From Aliivibrio fischeri ES114 (GTDB taxonomy: Bacteria > Pseudomonadota > Gammaproteobacteria > Enterobacterales > Vibrionaceae), in NCBI RefSeq assembly GCF_000011805.1, contig NC_006841.2: DNA of 32,000 nt. One strand, written 5' to 3'. Position numbers and translations under genes: made by a program. The notes below the pieces were generated by a model. The model saw only the letters and a list, made by a program, of their open reading frames with translations. It did not search any database and had not been told where the DNA came from. The first letter of the stretch is position 1. The number at the start of each line of letters is the position of its first letter. Shown piece by piece: positions 11,467-23,500 of the stretch.

Positions 11467-12660
11467 TTATTGAGTTGCTAATGCCGCTCTTTCTTCTTTA
11501 TTTACTTTAAATACCATTACAGCACCAATAAATAAGAACACAAGTTGCAATAACATGATGCTACCCATAGAGATTGCACCTAGGTAACTAATGCTTGAAA
11601 CCATTGCACTTGCTGCTACACAGAAAAGCATTTGTAAGAAGTTTAGTAGACCAGAAGCTACGGCACTCCCCTCTTTAAAATCAACCAATGCGTTATTTAC
11701 TACGATTGGGTAAATTGCACCATTTGCTGCTGCTAAAAAGCAAAACGGAATTAGCATTGGGATAATAGAAGATACATCCATTCTCCACGACACTAAGAAT
11801 ACAGTAGCCACGCTTGCAATCGACAGTTTTAAAATCCATGGAAGAACTTGTTGAGCATCAAAACGCTCTAGTGCCCAACGGCAACCGTAACCACCAACGA
11901 TAAATGCAATAGTTTGTGGAACATAACTTAAACCGATATCAGCACCTGAGTAGCCCATTTGCGTCATTACAAACGGTGAACCCGTTAACCATGCAAAGAA
12001 GATCGCTGAACTTGCTGCATAAATTAGCATGTTACCTGTGAATTTTTTTGACTTAATAACATCACGGAATGTAATGCTTTTCTCAGAAGTCATTTTTTCT
12101 TGTTTTGGTTCTTTGTCTACAAAAGTACGTAGTGCTAGACCAACACCAATCACAGTTAGTGTTACGAAAATCATTGACCAACCGTAGAACTTTTCAATTG
12201 CTGCACCCAATAATGGAGCTAAGGCAGGAGAAAGAGCAACAAGAGGCATGATAGTAGCAAAAACACGTTGTGATGTTTTTGCATCATAACGCTGAATCAC
12301 CATTGCTTGCCAAATAACGTTTGCACTACACGCACCTAACGCTTGGAAAAAGCGAGCGACTAGTAACATTTCTACACTGGTTGAAAATGAAGCAGCCAAA
12401 CTACTGATTGCAAAAATGCTTAAACCAACGATTAATGATTTTTTTGTACCTAATTTTTGAGTTAGTCTACCGTAAAAAAGTTGACCAATTGCCATACCTA
12501 ACAAGAAAATACTTAGGGTTAAACCAATCATGTTTTCAGTAGTACCTAGATCACCACGGATGATATCGAATGCAGGTAGATACATATCAGTTGCTAAGAA
12601 ACCCAGCATACTTAGGCCAGCAAGCCAAATATAAGGAATCGATTGTTTTTTATTGTCCAT
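11467..12660 (-). CDS. punC: MFS transporter, Bcr/CflA-type purine nucleoside transporter
   Basis: Multi-TM MFS protein (MDNKKQSIPYIWLAGLSMLGFLATDMYLPAFDIIRGDLG...), divergent from a PunR-like LysR regulator. The supplied ORF starts 4 codons upstream at 12672. Confidence 0.8.
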   Translation of the reverse strand: MDNKKQSIPYIWLAGLSMLGFLATDMYLPAFDIIRGDLGTTENMIGLTLSIFLLGMAIGQLFYGRLTQKLGTKKSLIVGLSIFAISSLAASFSTSVEMLLVARFFQALGACSANVIWQAMVIQRYDAKTSQRVFATIMPLVALSPALAPLLGAAIEKFYGWSMIFVTLTVIGVGLALRTFVDKEPKQEKMTSEKSITFRDVIKSKKFTGNMLIYAASSAIFFAWLTGSPFVMTQMGYSGADIGLSYVPQTIAFIVGGYGCRWALERFDAQQVLPWILKLSIASVATVFLVSWRMDVSSIIPMLIPFCFLAAANGAIYPIVVNNALVDFKEGSAVASGLLNFLQMLFCVAASAMVSSISYLGAISMGSIMLLQLVFLFIGAVMVFKVNKEERAALATQ

Positions 12661-12747
12661 GTTCTTCTCCAAAGCTGAACATTTTTTAAATTCGTTGCAT
12701 TCTATGTGCTAGTTGCTACTCTTGTGAAACGATATAATTTGCACTTT

Positions 12748-12766
12748 GCATCAAATTATTTGATGC
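12748..12766. promoter_or_regulatory. 19-bp perfect palindrome, candidate PunR (LysR-type) binding site
   Basis: GCATCAAAT-T-ATTTGATGC, containing ATC-N9-GAT (T-N11-A), in the punC/punR divergent intergenic region. Confidence 0.6.
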
Positions 12767-12790
12767 GAATAAATAACCATCAGGTATTTT

Positions 12791-13699
12791 ATGTTTTCAT
12801 ATCATGAATTAATCACAATCGAGTCCGTTGCACGGTTAGGTAGCTTTAGCCAAGCAGCGGATGAATTACACAAAGTGCCGAGTGCGATTAGCTATACGAT
12901 TAAATCTGTAGAAGATAGATTAACCGTGGTTTTATTTACTCGGCTTCATCGACGAGTAGAGCTCACCGCTGCCGGTACTTATTTTGTAGACCAAGCCAGA
13001 AAGTTATTAAAAGATATGGAAGAGATACGCTTTAATACTCAGCGAGTTGCTAATGGCTGGCAACAAAGTGTTTCTGTTGCATTAGATAATGTGGTTCGAG
13101 AGAACAGTGTAAATCAACTTGTTCGTGACTTTTACGCCACCTTTCCTGATATCGAACTTCAGCTAACGATGGAAGTGTTTAACGGTGTATGGGATGCATT
13201 AATGACAGGTAGAGCGGATATTGGTATTGGTGCAACAGCAACCATTCCTATTGGTGGCGACTTTTCTTATCGCCCTATGGGAGAGTTAGCATGGGATTTT
13301 ATCGTCAGCATCAACCATCCTCTAGCAAGTTTTGAACATGACATCCCTAATGAAGAATTAGTTAAATACCCAGCGATTTGCCTTGAGGATACCTCTCAAA
13401 TCTTACCTAAGCGTTCAACATGGCTATTAGATAATCAACGTCGATTAATCGTTCCCAATTGGCACAGCGCCGAACAGTGCTTTATTGACGGCTTAGGAGT
13501 TGGGGTTATTCCTAATCACAGAGCTAAACGCTTATTAGAGACAGGCCAGGTGATCAGTAAGAAAATTGAACACCATATTGCTCCAAGTCCATGCTGTTTG
13601 GCTTGGAACAATAATAATCAATCTGTTGCGATTCAGTGGTTACTAGACTATTTAGGCGATAGTGACAAACTTAATAGTGAGTGGCTAAAAGAGTTTTAA
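12791..13699 (+). CDS. punR: LysR-family transcriptional regulator, PunR-like
   Basis: 302-aa ORF with HTH (LITIESVARLGSFSQAADELHKVPSAISYTIKSVEDRLTVVLFTR), divergent from the PunC-type transporter. Confidence 0.83.
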   Translation: MFSYHELITIESVARLGSFSQAADELHKVPSAISYTIKSVEDRLTVVLFTRLHRRVELTAAGTYFVDQARKLLKDMEEIRFNTQRVANGWQQSVSVALDNVVRENSVNQLVRDFYATFPDIELQLTMEVFNGVWDALMTGRADIGIGATATIPIGGDFSYRPMGELAWDFIVSINHPLASFEHDIPNEELVKYPAICLEDTSQILPKRSTWLLDNQRRLIVPNWHSAEQCFIDGLGVGVIPNHRAKRLLETGQVISKKIEHHIAPSPCCLAWNNNNQSVAIQWLLDYLGDSDKLNSEWLKEF

Positions 13700-13705
13700 G
13701 TCATG

Positions 13706-13739
13706 AAAAAAGCGATGATCATAAGATCATCGCTTTTTT
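13706..13739. terminator. Bidirectional Rho-independent terminator
   Basis: Perfect 15-bp stem AAAAAAGCGATGATC-ATAA-GATCATCGCTTTTTT between convergent punR and pdxH. Confidence 0.9.
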
Positions 13740-13769
13740 CAACTTTAATACTAGTGAATAACGACAAGA

Positions 13770-14405
13770 TCATGGCGCTAAACGATCGATCTGCCAATCA
13801 TTTTGATCTTTACTGTATAAGAATCGGTCATGAAGTCGATGATCTCCTCCCTGCCAAAACTCTATAGAATCGATCTTAATTCTAAATCCGCCCCAAAACT
13901 TAGGAACAGGGATCTCTCCTTTTGCAAACTTTTGTTTTAACTCTAGGTACTTACCTTCAAGAGCGGCTCTTGCAGTTAAACGACTACTTTGTTTACTTGC
14001 CCATGCGGCTATCTGACTTTCTTTGGGTCTTGATGTGAAATATTTCATATTCTCAAGAGCCGTTAATTTCTCAGCGGTGCCTGTAATATGAACCTGACGC
14101 TCAAGTGGATGCCATGGGAAATGCAGTGATATCTTACTGTGTTGCTCTAGCTGTTGTGCTTTACGAGAACCTAAGTTGGTATAAAAAACAAAACCTGTCT
14201 TATCAAAATGTTTTAATAGCACAATACGTTGAAACGGTTGTCCATTCTCATCTACTGTAGCCACCGTCATCGCTGTAGGATCGGTCAATTTGGCTTCCAC
14301 AGCTTGTTTTAACCATAATTCAAACAATTCTACAGGCTCTTGAGGTAAATCGGCTCTTCGTAAACCACCAAGGCTATAATCACGACGAATATCTTCTAAT
14401 TCCAT
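13770..14405 (-). CDS. pdxH: Pyridoxamine 5'-phosphate oxidase
   Basis: 211-aa ORF with FMN-binding split-barrel motifs ([29 protein letters not shown]) and C-terminal [15 protein letters not shown]...WQIDRLAP. Confidence 0.97.
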   Translation of the reverse strand: MELEDIRRDYSLGGLRRADLPQEPVELFELWLKQAVEAKLTDPTAMTVATVDENGQPFQRIVLLKHFDKTGFVFYTNLGSRKAQQLEQHSKISLHFPWHPLERQVHITGTAEKLTALENMKYFTSRPKESQIAAWASKQSSRLTARAALEGKYLELKQKFAKGEIPVPKFWGGFRIKIDSIEFWQGGDHRLHDRFLYSKDQNDWQIDRLAP

Positions 14406-14477
14406 GTAAATCTCGACTTCTTTAATTCCAGCTGACTAAATTGTGCTCTTTTGAAACACGCTAAACAAGAGGTGATA

Positions 14478-14505
14478 CAAAAAAAGGGCCTAATTAGACC
14501 CTAAA
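14478..14505 (-). terminator. Candidate Rho-independent terminator downstream of the adhesin gene
   Basis: Minus strand AGGGTC-TAATTA-GGCCCTTTTTTT just after the adhesin stop codon. Confidence 0.65.
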
Positions 14506-14523
14506 TTTCATATTAACAACAAG

Positions 14524-17500
14524 TTAGATCGTGTCATCTAATTTAAAAAGTTGCTCATCAAGTAGTTTAGTTAGGATCTCAGCTTGATTTGAGAAATTAG
14601 CATTATCCAATCCGAACGAGCCAATACCTCCTTCAACAACAATCGTATGATCTTTACCAGCATCATCTGTAATCGAGAGCGTTAAATCATCACCATCTTC
14701 AGAGATAGTTATATGTTCAAGTAAATCATTAAGATCATTTTGATGAACATCATCATTTAGTATTTCAGTAATATCAATTAAGTCTTCACCTTTCGTGAAA
14801 TCTTTAATTGTATCAATTCCTGAATCCGCACCTTGATCAACCCATTTGAAGATATCATCACCAATACCTCCAACTAAGATATCGTCTCCAAGACCACCAA
14901 TTAAAATATCGTTGCCTTGATGAGCAAAGATAACGTCATCTTCATCACTACCAATAACCAGATCATTATTGGTTGAGCCACTTAATGAATGATTGATCTG
15001 TATATTCGTTTCATCAGAAGGACTAACATTAAGCGTTGCTTGCTGTAAATGCTCAACACCTTCGCCATCAATGACGGTATAGGCAAGTTCATATGTAACC
15101 GATTTACCACTATCAATGAGAGTCGGGTTATCGATAGGCTGGAATAAGTAACTTCCATCTTTATTAATCAATAAATTACCGTAATCAGTTATAAGCTGAA
15201 GCTTCTCTTCATAAAGGTTAATGCCCACACTTTCTGAAGATACATTTCCATCTTGATCTATAACTTTTAATATATTGATTTTAGATGTCTCAATAACGAG
15301 CTCTGAGTTAGCAATTCCAGTTAAAGAACCAGTAAGTGCTCCTTGCTGCCCAATCGTAGGTTTAAGTTGAGGGAGTACCGTATATAACTCTTTATCTTCG
15401 ATATAAATAACATTATAACTAATATCAGTTAACCCACCTAAATATGGATTATTTGTACCATCATTTATAACGCCTACCGCTTTGACTTCTTTATCTTCAA
15501 TGAACTCATTCCATTGAACTAAAAGATCTGCAGGTATTACTTCGTTATTGTGGCCATCACTAATAAAATAAATCACATCATTTGTATTTGATAAATCAAC
15601 GTCATTCGGAACCTTATCATTCGAATACCCATCAAGTATCGCATAAATAGCTTCACTATAATCCGTTCCTCCCCCTATATAATAAGGGTCAGAAATCATC
15701 TCAATCTCGATAGCATCTTGAAGGTGAGTAATCGCATCTGCAACAGAATACCAACCTAAAGAAGTAGCAGTATCATTAGTTTCATCACTATGACGATTAT
15801 CAAAATCGATCAATTGAACTTGCACCGTTCCCGAATTTGGTTGATTTTGAATATCTTCTAATAGCTTAATAGATGACTCTAAAACTAATTGCATCCTTTC
15901 TTTATCATCGACTTCTACATCTCCCATGCTTCCTGATGAATCAAGAGCAAGAGTAATTAATGTTGTCGGTAATGAACCACCCTGATCAACTAAAATATCT
16001 TGTGGTAAGGTTGCTTCAGCATCCCCAGAAGAAGCATCAGAATTTGATGCTTCAATCGCTGTTGCTGTCGCCTTTAATGTAAAGTCAGATTCAGACTTAG
16101 GAACTTGAATACTCAGGTTACTGAAATCAACGGTCTGATTTCCCGTACCAACTGGAAGAATCCAATTACCCGTAGCCTCATCATAAGTACCAATCGGCTG
16201 CTTATTTTCATCTAAAATTACTGCATTTTCACTTAATCCAGACAACACTAACGATTCCAGTGACTCACTACCATCAAGGTCTGTAACACTTGCCGATAGA
16301 TCTAATGGGATCTCAACATTTTGTATGATCGTATAACTACCATCAGGGTTTAACTCAACGATCGCATCAGAGAATACGAGTCGTTCGATATGATATAATT
16401 GGTCTCCATTATCTTCTGGAGCAGTATGATCGTAGCCTGTATCACGCCCCAATGTATCTGTAACTACCCAGTGATCAACGCCTCCACCATGTGCTCCACC
16501 TTGGTTCGTTATTAAATATTCATCGATACTACCGCTATAAATAACGGCATCAATACCAGAATCAAGAGGACCTGTACCACCATAAATTGAGTCATTTAAT
16601 CCGCCACCAACAAAAACATCATTACCAGTTCCGTGGACAGCATCACCAATTAAATTATCACCTAGTGGGGTACCTATGATTAAGTTATTTCCATCATCAG
16701 CAACAACCATCGCTGCATTGTAAGTTACATTGCCAACCCCTGGAATAGTGCCGCCATTTTCAAAATATTCTTTAATCGCTTCAACGTCACTAGTATCAAA
16801 ATTAGGTGCTGAGTTAGTAATAACAGGTTCGCCTAAAACTAAAGAAACAGTTGGTTTATCTGCTTGAGCATTAACAATCATTTCAGCAGTTCCCGTTGAG
16901 GTTTTATGCCCATCGCTCACCGTAACCGTAAATTCAACAGGTGAATTACTATCGGAATGTTTATTTTCAACTGGAGTAAATATGGCCCCAATGACTTCAT
17001 TACCATTGAAAATAAGTTCTAAAGAACCAAATGCTGGATCAACGGTAATATTAGTTAGAGTGACATCATCACCATCCAAATCACTTATCAGTAACTCACT
17101 TAAGTTTAGTGGAATAGCTACATCTTCATACGTTTCACTAAATACTGAATTATCAACAATTGGAGCATTATTTGTGGCTTTATCAGTACTATCGGTAGAA
17201 ATAGTAATCACACCAGTATCTATCGCATCATCGCTGTCTGTAGCTTGATAGTGAATATCTTCACTTACCATGGCATCAACTACTTCAACACCTTGTAGGG
17301 TCAAATTAGAATTTGGTGATGTCGAACCTTCACCATGAATGGTATAAACTCTAATTTGGTCAAAACCGCTATCAAGCTGAATATTGGCGGTAAACTCGCC
17401 ACTACCATCATAAATACCGTTACTTTCATCATCAAAGGTATAAGGACTTTCACCCACTAAAACCCCATCTTTGAAAAGTAATACTTGAACTTTGGCATCA

Positions 17501-20500
17501 GCACTGCTGTTTTCTGAATAATTTCCCCAAACACTACCAAAATCCATATTAACTTCAGTTATTACTACCTCTGTGGTATTTGGTGACCCAACATTACTGA
17601 AATCAATTTCAACATAATCTTTTGTTTTTACATCGATTTCGCTGTTACCAACACCTAAACCTGTTTCTTGAGCAACGTTATCATAATAAAGCGTTTCAGG
17701 GGTTAGCGTACTAGTATTATCAGGGCTATCTCCAGTAAATTGTCCACCAGAAATAATAACACCACTTACTAATGTAAATGAGTTAACACTTCCGTTTGAG
17801 TAATTTGGAGCAAAGTCTTCTTGAGCATTAAAACTTAAATCGTCATTGATCGATCCATCCAGAACATATTCAATTTGATCTGACTCCGTTAATATTGTCG
17901 AAGATGTAATTTCAGTTCTAGTATCTCCATCAACAACATAAAGCGTACCAAACTCTGGCGAAACAGTTATCATAATGTCTACAAACTTGTTATCTGTATC
18001 GTTTTCGTCATCTTCAAGATCACTGACATATGCGTCAAAACTAAACTGAGTGCTAATATCATCAACCAACTGAATGTCAAAATCATTAGCAATAGGATCT
18101 GCATTGATAGTGACATCTTGTATTACTTCAGTCTTATTACCTGCAATATCTATTGCTGTTACGGTTAATGCATTTGCTCCTTCATTTAACTGATACGGAA
18201 GAGATATGGTGTATTCACCATTCTGATTTGCTGTCACTTCGTCGGTGGTATGAATAACACCATCTTTATCAGTATAAGTAATAGTAACCTTAGCACCAGC
18301 TTCAGTTACACCGGTGATATCTGGCGTTGTATTATTCGTTACGGTATCAGAGTTTGAACCTGTATTAGTATTATCTGTAATATCAGAAGTAATACCTAAA
18401 TCACCATCGCCAACCGTTTCTGTCAGCACTTTAGTATCAACCGTTACATCTTGTGTAGTTGATACGGTATTTCCTGCTAAATCAACGGCAACAATATCAA
18501 TAAGGTTAGAACCTTCCGCTAAAGCGTGCAAAATTGCGATGGTATAAACACCGTTAGCACTTGCTGTACTCGTAGCTGTGCGTAACGTGTCTGATGCGTC
18601 CCTATAAGTAATGGTTACCTTAGCCCCCGCTTCTGTTACGCCCGTAATATCAGGCGTTGCATCATTAGTGATAGTGTCATCATTAGAGCCACTATTTGTA
18701 GCATCCGTGATATCTGAAGTGATACCAGTATTACCATCGCCATCGGTTTCCGTCAGAACGTCAGTATCAACAGTATGTGTTGATGTTACCTTACTTTCTA
18801 CGGTATTACCGGCATCGTCACTTGATTTCACAACAACTTCAAACTCGGTATCCTCAGCCAAGTCACTACCCGCAACCTCAACACTCCAAGTACCATCCTG
18901 ATTAACTACCGTTTCGTAAGATTGACCATTGATAATCATAGTAACAACATCATCTTTACTGATGTCACCACCAATTGCGGTACCCGTAACTATTATGGTC
19001 TCGCCACTTTCGCTAGCATTAATAACATCATCTTCTGTAATATTAGCAACCGTAACAGCGCCAGCTTCTGCTAAGGTATCAATTACCGCAACGTCTTCGC
19101 CAGTCTCTGATTCATTTCCATATTGATCCGTTAGCGTTGCAGTAACTTTAATCTCATTACCTTCACCAGGACTTGGGAACGTTGTTGTTATAGTACCAGC
19201 GATTAAATGAGCAGCCGTTAAAATGATCTCTTTTGTTGTGTTACCATCACTTACGGTAATGACCTCATCTTCTAAAGCTCCTGTCGGCAAACCAATGCTC
19301 ACATCAATATCACCAACTAACTCAGAAGCACTAATTAAACCATCATTAGGACTAGTATCTTCCGTAATCACTACGGTTGGTGCTGCACCGTCAGTACCGG
19401 TCTGTGTATCAACAGTATGAAGCGATGTAACTTTACTCTCGACTATATTGCCCGCATCATCACTTGAGCTGACAGATACCTCAAATTCGGTATCTGCAGC
19501 TAAATCACCACCGTCAACAGCTACACTCCAACTACCATCTTGATTAACCGTAGTTTCATAAGATTGCCCATTGATAATCATGGTGACAACATCATCTTTA
19601 CTTATATCACCACCTATTGCGGTACCTGAAACCATGATGCTCTCGCCACTTTCGCTAGCATTAATTACATCATCTTCAGTGATATTATCTACAATCACAG
19701 AACCTGCATTTGCAGAAGTATCTAAAACAAAATCTAGCGTACTCGAGTCAGACACATTGCCCGCAGCATCAGTTTCTCGAACCGTAATTGAGTTGTCGCC
19801 TTCAACCACAGCAGGAGGGGTTGTTGACCAACTGCCATCCGCCGCTTGATATTCAACTGTATTACCCACTTCGCTTGGCGTTACTGTGAATGAGCCATCA
19901 TTCGTAAGCAGATCACCATTACTAATTCCCGAATCAACATCCAATGTGATTGTCGGGGCATTCGGAGCCTGAGTATCTAAAACAAAATCTAGTGAACTCG
20001 AACCAGACACATTACCCGCAGCATCAGTTTCTCGAACCGTAATTGAGTTGTCGCCTTCAACCACAGCAGGAGGGATTGTTGACCAACTGCCATCCGCCGC
20101 TTGATATTCAACTGTATTGCCAACTTCGCTTGGTGTTACTGTGAATGAACCGTCATTCGTTAATAAATCACCATTACTAATACCCGAGTCAGTATCCAGA
20201 GTGATTGTCGGAGCATTCGGAGCCTGAGTATCTAAAACAAAATCTAGCGTACTCGAGTCAGACACATTGCCCGCAGCATCAGTTTCTCGAACCGTAATTG
20301 AGTTGTCGCCTTCAACCACAGCAGGAGGGGTTGTTGACCAACTGCCATCCGCCGCTTGATATTCAACTGTATTGCCAACTTCGCTTGGTGTTACTGTGAA
20401 TGAACCGTCATTCGTTAATAAATCACCATCACTAATGCCTGAATCTGTATCCAATGTGATCGTCGGAGCATTCGGCGCTTGCGTATCTAAAACAAAATCC

Positions 20501-23500
20501 AGTGTATTTGAACCAGACACATTGCCTGCAGTATCAGTCTCTCGAACCGTAATTGAGTTGTCGCCTTCAACCACTGCAGGAGGGGTTGGGGTTGTTGACC
20601 AACTGCCATCCGCCGCTTGATATTCAACTGTATTACCCACTTCGCTTGGCGTTACTGTGAATGAGCCATCATTCGTAAGCAGATCACCATTACTAATACC
20701 CGAATCAACATCCAATGTGATCGTCGGAGCATTTGGCGCTTGTGTATCAAGTACAAAATCAAGTGTGCTTGAGCCAGACACATTGCCTGCGGTATCAGTC
20801 TCACGCACCACGATTGAATTATCACCTTCAACCACAACAGGAGCATCAGTCGTCCACTCACCATTCACGAAGTACTCAACCGTATTACCATCTTCACTTG
20901 GTGTTACCGTAAACGAGCCGTCATTAGTTAATAAATCACCATCACTAATACCTGAATCAACATCCAATGTGATCGTTGGTGCATTCGGCGCTTGGGTATC
21001 TAAAACAAAATCTAATGTACTCGAGTCAGACACATTACCCGCAGCATCAGTCTCTCGAACCGTAATTGAGTTGTCACCTTCAACCACAGCAGGAGGGGTT
21101 GTTGACCAACTGCCATCTGCAGCCTGATATTCAACTGTATTGCCAACTTCGCTTGGCGTTACTGTGAATGAACCATCGTTAGTTAGGAAATCATTACCCA
21201 ACTTACCGCTGTCCGTATCAAGAGTAATTATTGGAGCATTCGGCGCTTGCGTATCAAGTACAAAATCTAATGTACTCGAGCCAGACACATTACCTGCCGC
21301 ATCAGTTTCACGCACGGTTATTGAGTTAGCACCTTCGGTAGCGATTGGCGCATCAATCGTCCACTCACCATTAACAAAGTACTCAACCGTATTACCAACT
21401 TCGCTTGGCGTTACTATGAATGAACCATCATTCGTAAGCAGATCACCATTACTAATACCCGAGTCAGTATCCAGTGTGATAGTCGGTGCGTTCGGTGCTT
21501 GCGTATCAAGTACAAAATCAAGTGTGTTTGAGCCAGACACATTTCCCGCAGCATCAGTTTCTCGAACTATAATCGAGTTGTCGCCTTCAACTACTTCAGG
21601 AGGGGTTGTTGACCAACTGCCATCCGCAGCCTGATATTCAACTGTATTGCCAACTTCGCTTGGCGTTACTGTGAATGAACCATCATTCGTTAATAAATCA
21701 CCATTACTAATACCTGAATCTGTATCCAGTGTGATCGTCGGAGCATTCGGTGCTTTCGTATCAAGCACAAAATCAAGCGTGCTTGAACCTGACACATTAC
21801 CCGCAGCATCAGTTTCTCGAACCGTAATTGAGTTGTCGCCTTCAACTACTTCAGGAGGTGTTGTTGACCAACTGCCATCTGCAGCCTGATATTCAACGGT
21901 ATTGCCATCTTCACTTGGTGTTACCGTAAACGAGCCGTCATTAGTTAATAAATCACCATCACTAATACCCGAGTCTGTATCTAGTGTGATCGTCGGAGCA
22001 TTCGGTGCTTGCGTATCAAGCACAAAATCAAGTGTGCTTGAACCTGACACATTACCCGCTGCATCAGTCTCACGAACCACTATTGAATTATCACCTTCAA
22101 CCACAACAGGAGCATCAGTCGTCCACGCACCATTCACAAAGTATTCAACTGTATTACCAACTTCGCTTGGCGTTACTGTGAATGAACCGTCATTAGTTAA
22201 GAAGTCATCACCTAGCTTGCCACTATCGGTATCTAAAGTGATTATTGGTGCACTTGGAGCCTGAGTATCTAAAACAAAATCTAGTGTATTTGAACCTGAA
22301 ACATTACCCGCCGCATCAGTCTCTCGAACCGTAATTGAGTTGTCGCCTTCAACTACTTCAGGAGGGGTTGTTGACCAACTGCCATCTGCAGCCTGATATT
22401 CAACTGTATTGCCAACTTCGCTTGGCGTTACTGTGAATGAACCATCGTTAGTTAGAAAATCATTACCCAACTTACCGCTGTCCGTATCAAGAGTAATTGT
22501 TGGAGCATTCGGAGCCTGAGTATCTAAAACCAAATCTAGTGTACTCGAGCCAGACACATTGCCTGCGGTATCAGTCTCTCGAACCGTAATTGAGTTGTCG
22601 CCTTCAACCACAGCAGGAGGGGTTGTTGACCAACTGCCATCCGCCGCTTGATATTCAACTGTATTACCCACTTCGCTTGGCGTTACTGTGAATGAGCCAT
22701 CATTCGTAAGCAGATCACCATTACTAATTCCCGAATCAACATCCAATGTGATTGTCGGAGCATTCGGAGCCTGAGTATCTAAAACAAAATCTAGTGAACT
22801 CGAGCCAGACACATTACCCGCAGCATCAGTTTCACGAACCGTAATTGAGTTGTCGCCTTCAACCACAGCAGGAGGGATTGTTGACCAACTGCCATCCGCC
22901 GCTTGATATTCAACTGTATTGCCAACTTCGCTTGGTGTTACTGTGAATGAACCGTCATTCGTTAATAAATCACCATTACTAATACCCGAGTCAGTATCCA
23001 GAGTGATCGTCGGAGCATTCGGAGCCTGAGTATCTAAAACAAAATCTAGCGTACTCGAGTCAGACACATTGCCCGCAGCATCAGTTTCACGCACCACGAT
23101 TGAATTATCACCTTCAACCACAACAGGAGCATCAGTCGTCCACGCTCCATTCACGAAGTACTCAACCGTATTACCATCTTCGCTTGGCGTTACCGTAAAC
23201 GAGCCGTCATTAGTTAATAAATCACCATCACTAATACCTGAATCAACATCCAATGTGATCGTTGGTGCATTCGGCGCTTGGGTATCTAAAACAAAATCTA
23301 ATGTACTCGAGTCAGACACATTACCCGCAGCATCAGTCTCTCGAACCGTAATTGAGTTGTCACCTTCAACCACAGCAGGAGGTGTTGTTGACCAACTGCC
23401 ATCTGCAGCCTGATATTCAACTGTATTGCCAACTTCGCTTGGCGTTACTGTGAATGAACCGTCATTAGTTAAGAAGTCATCACCTAACTTGCCACTATCG

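Noticed and set aside
20652-20864. 70-aa minus-strand alternative-frame ORF within the Ig-like array
   Set aside because: Out-of-frame shadow of the adhesin coding sequence.
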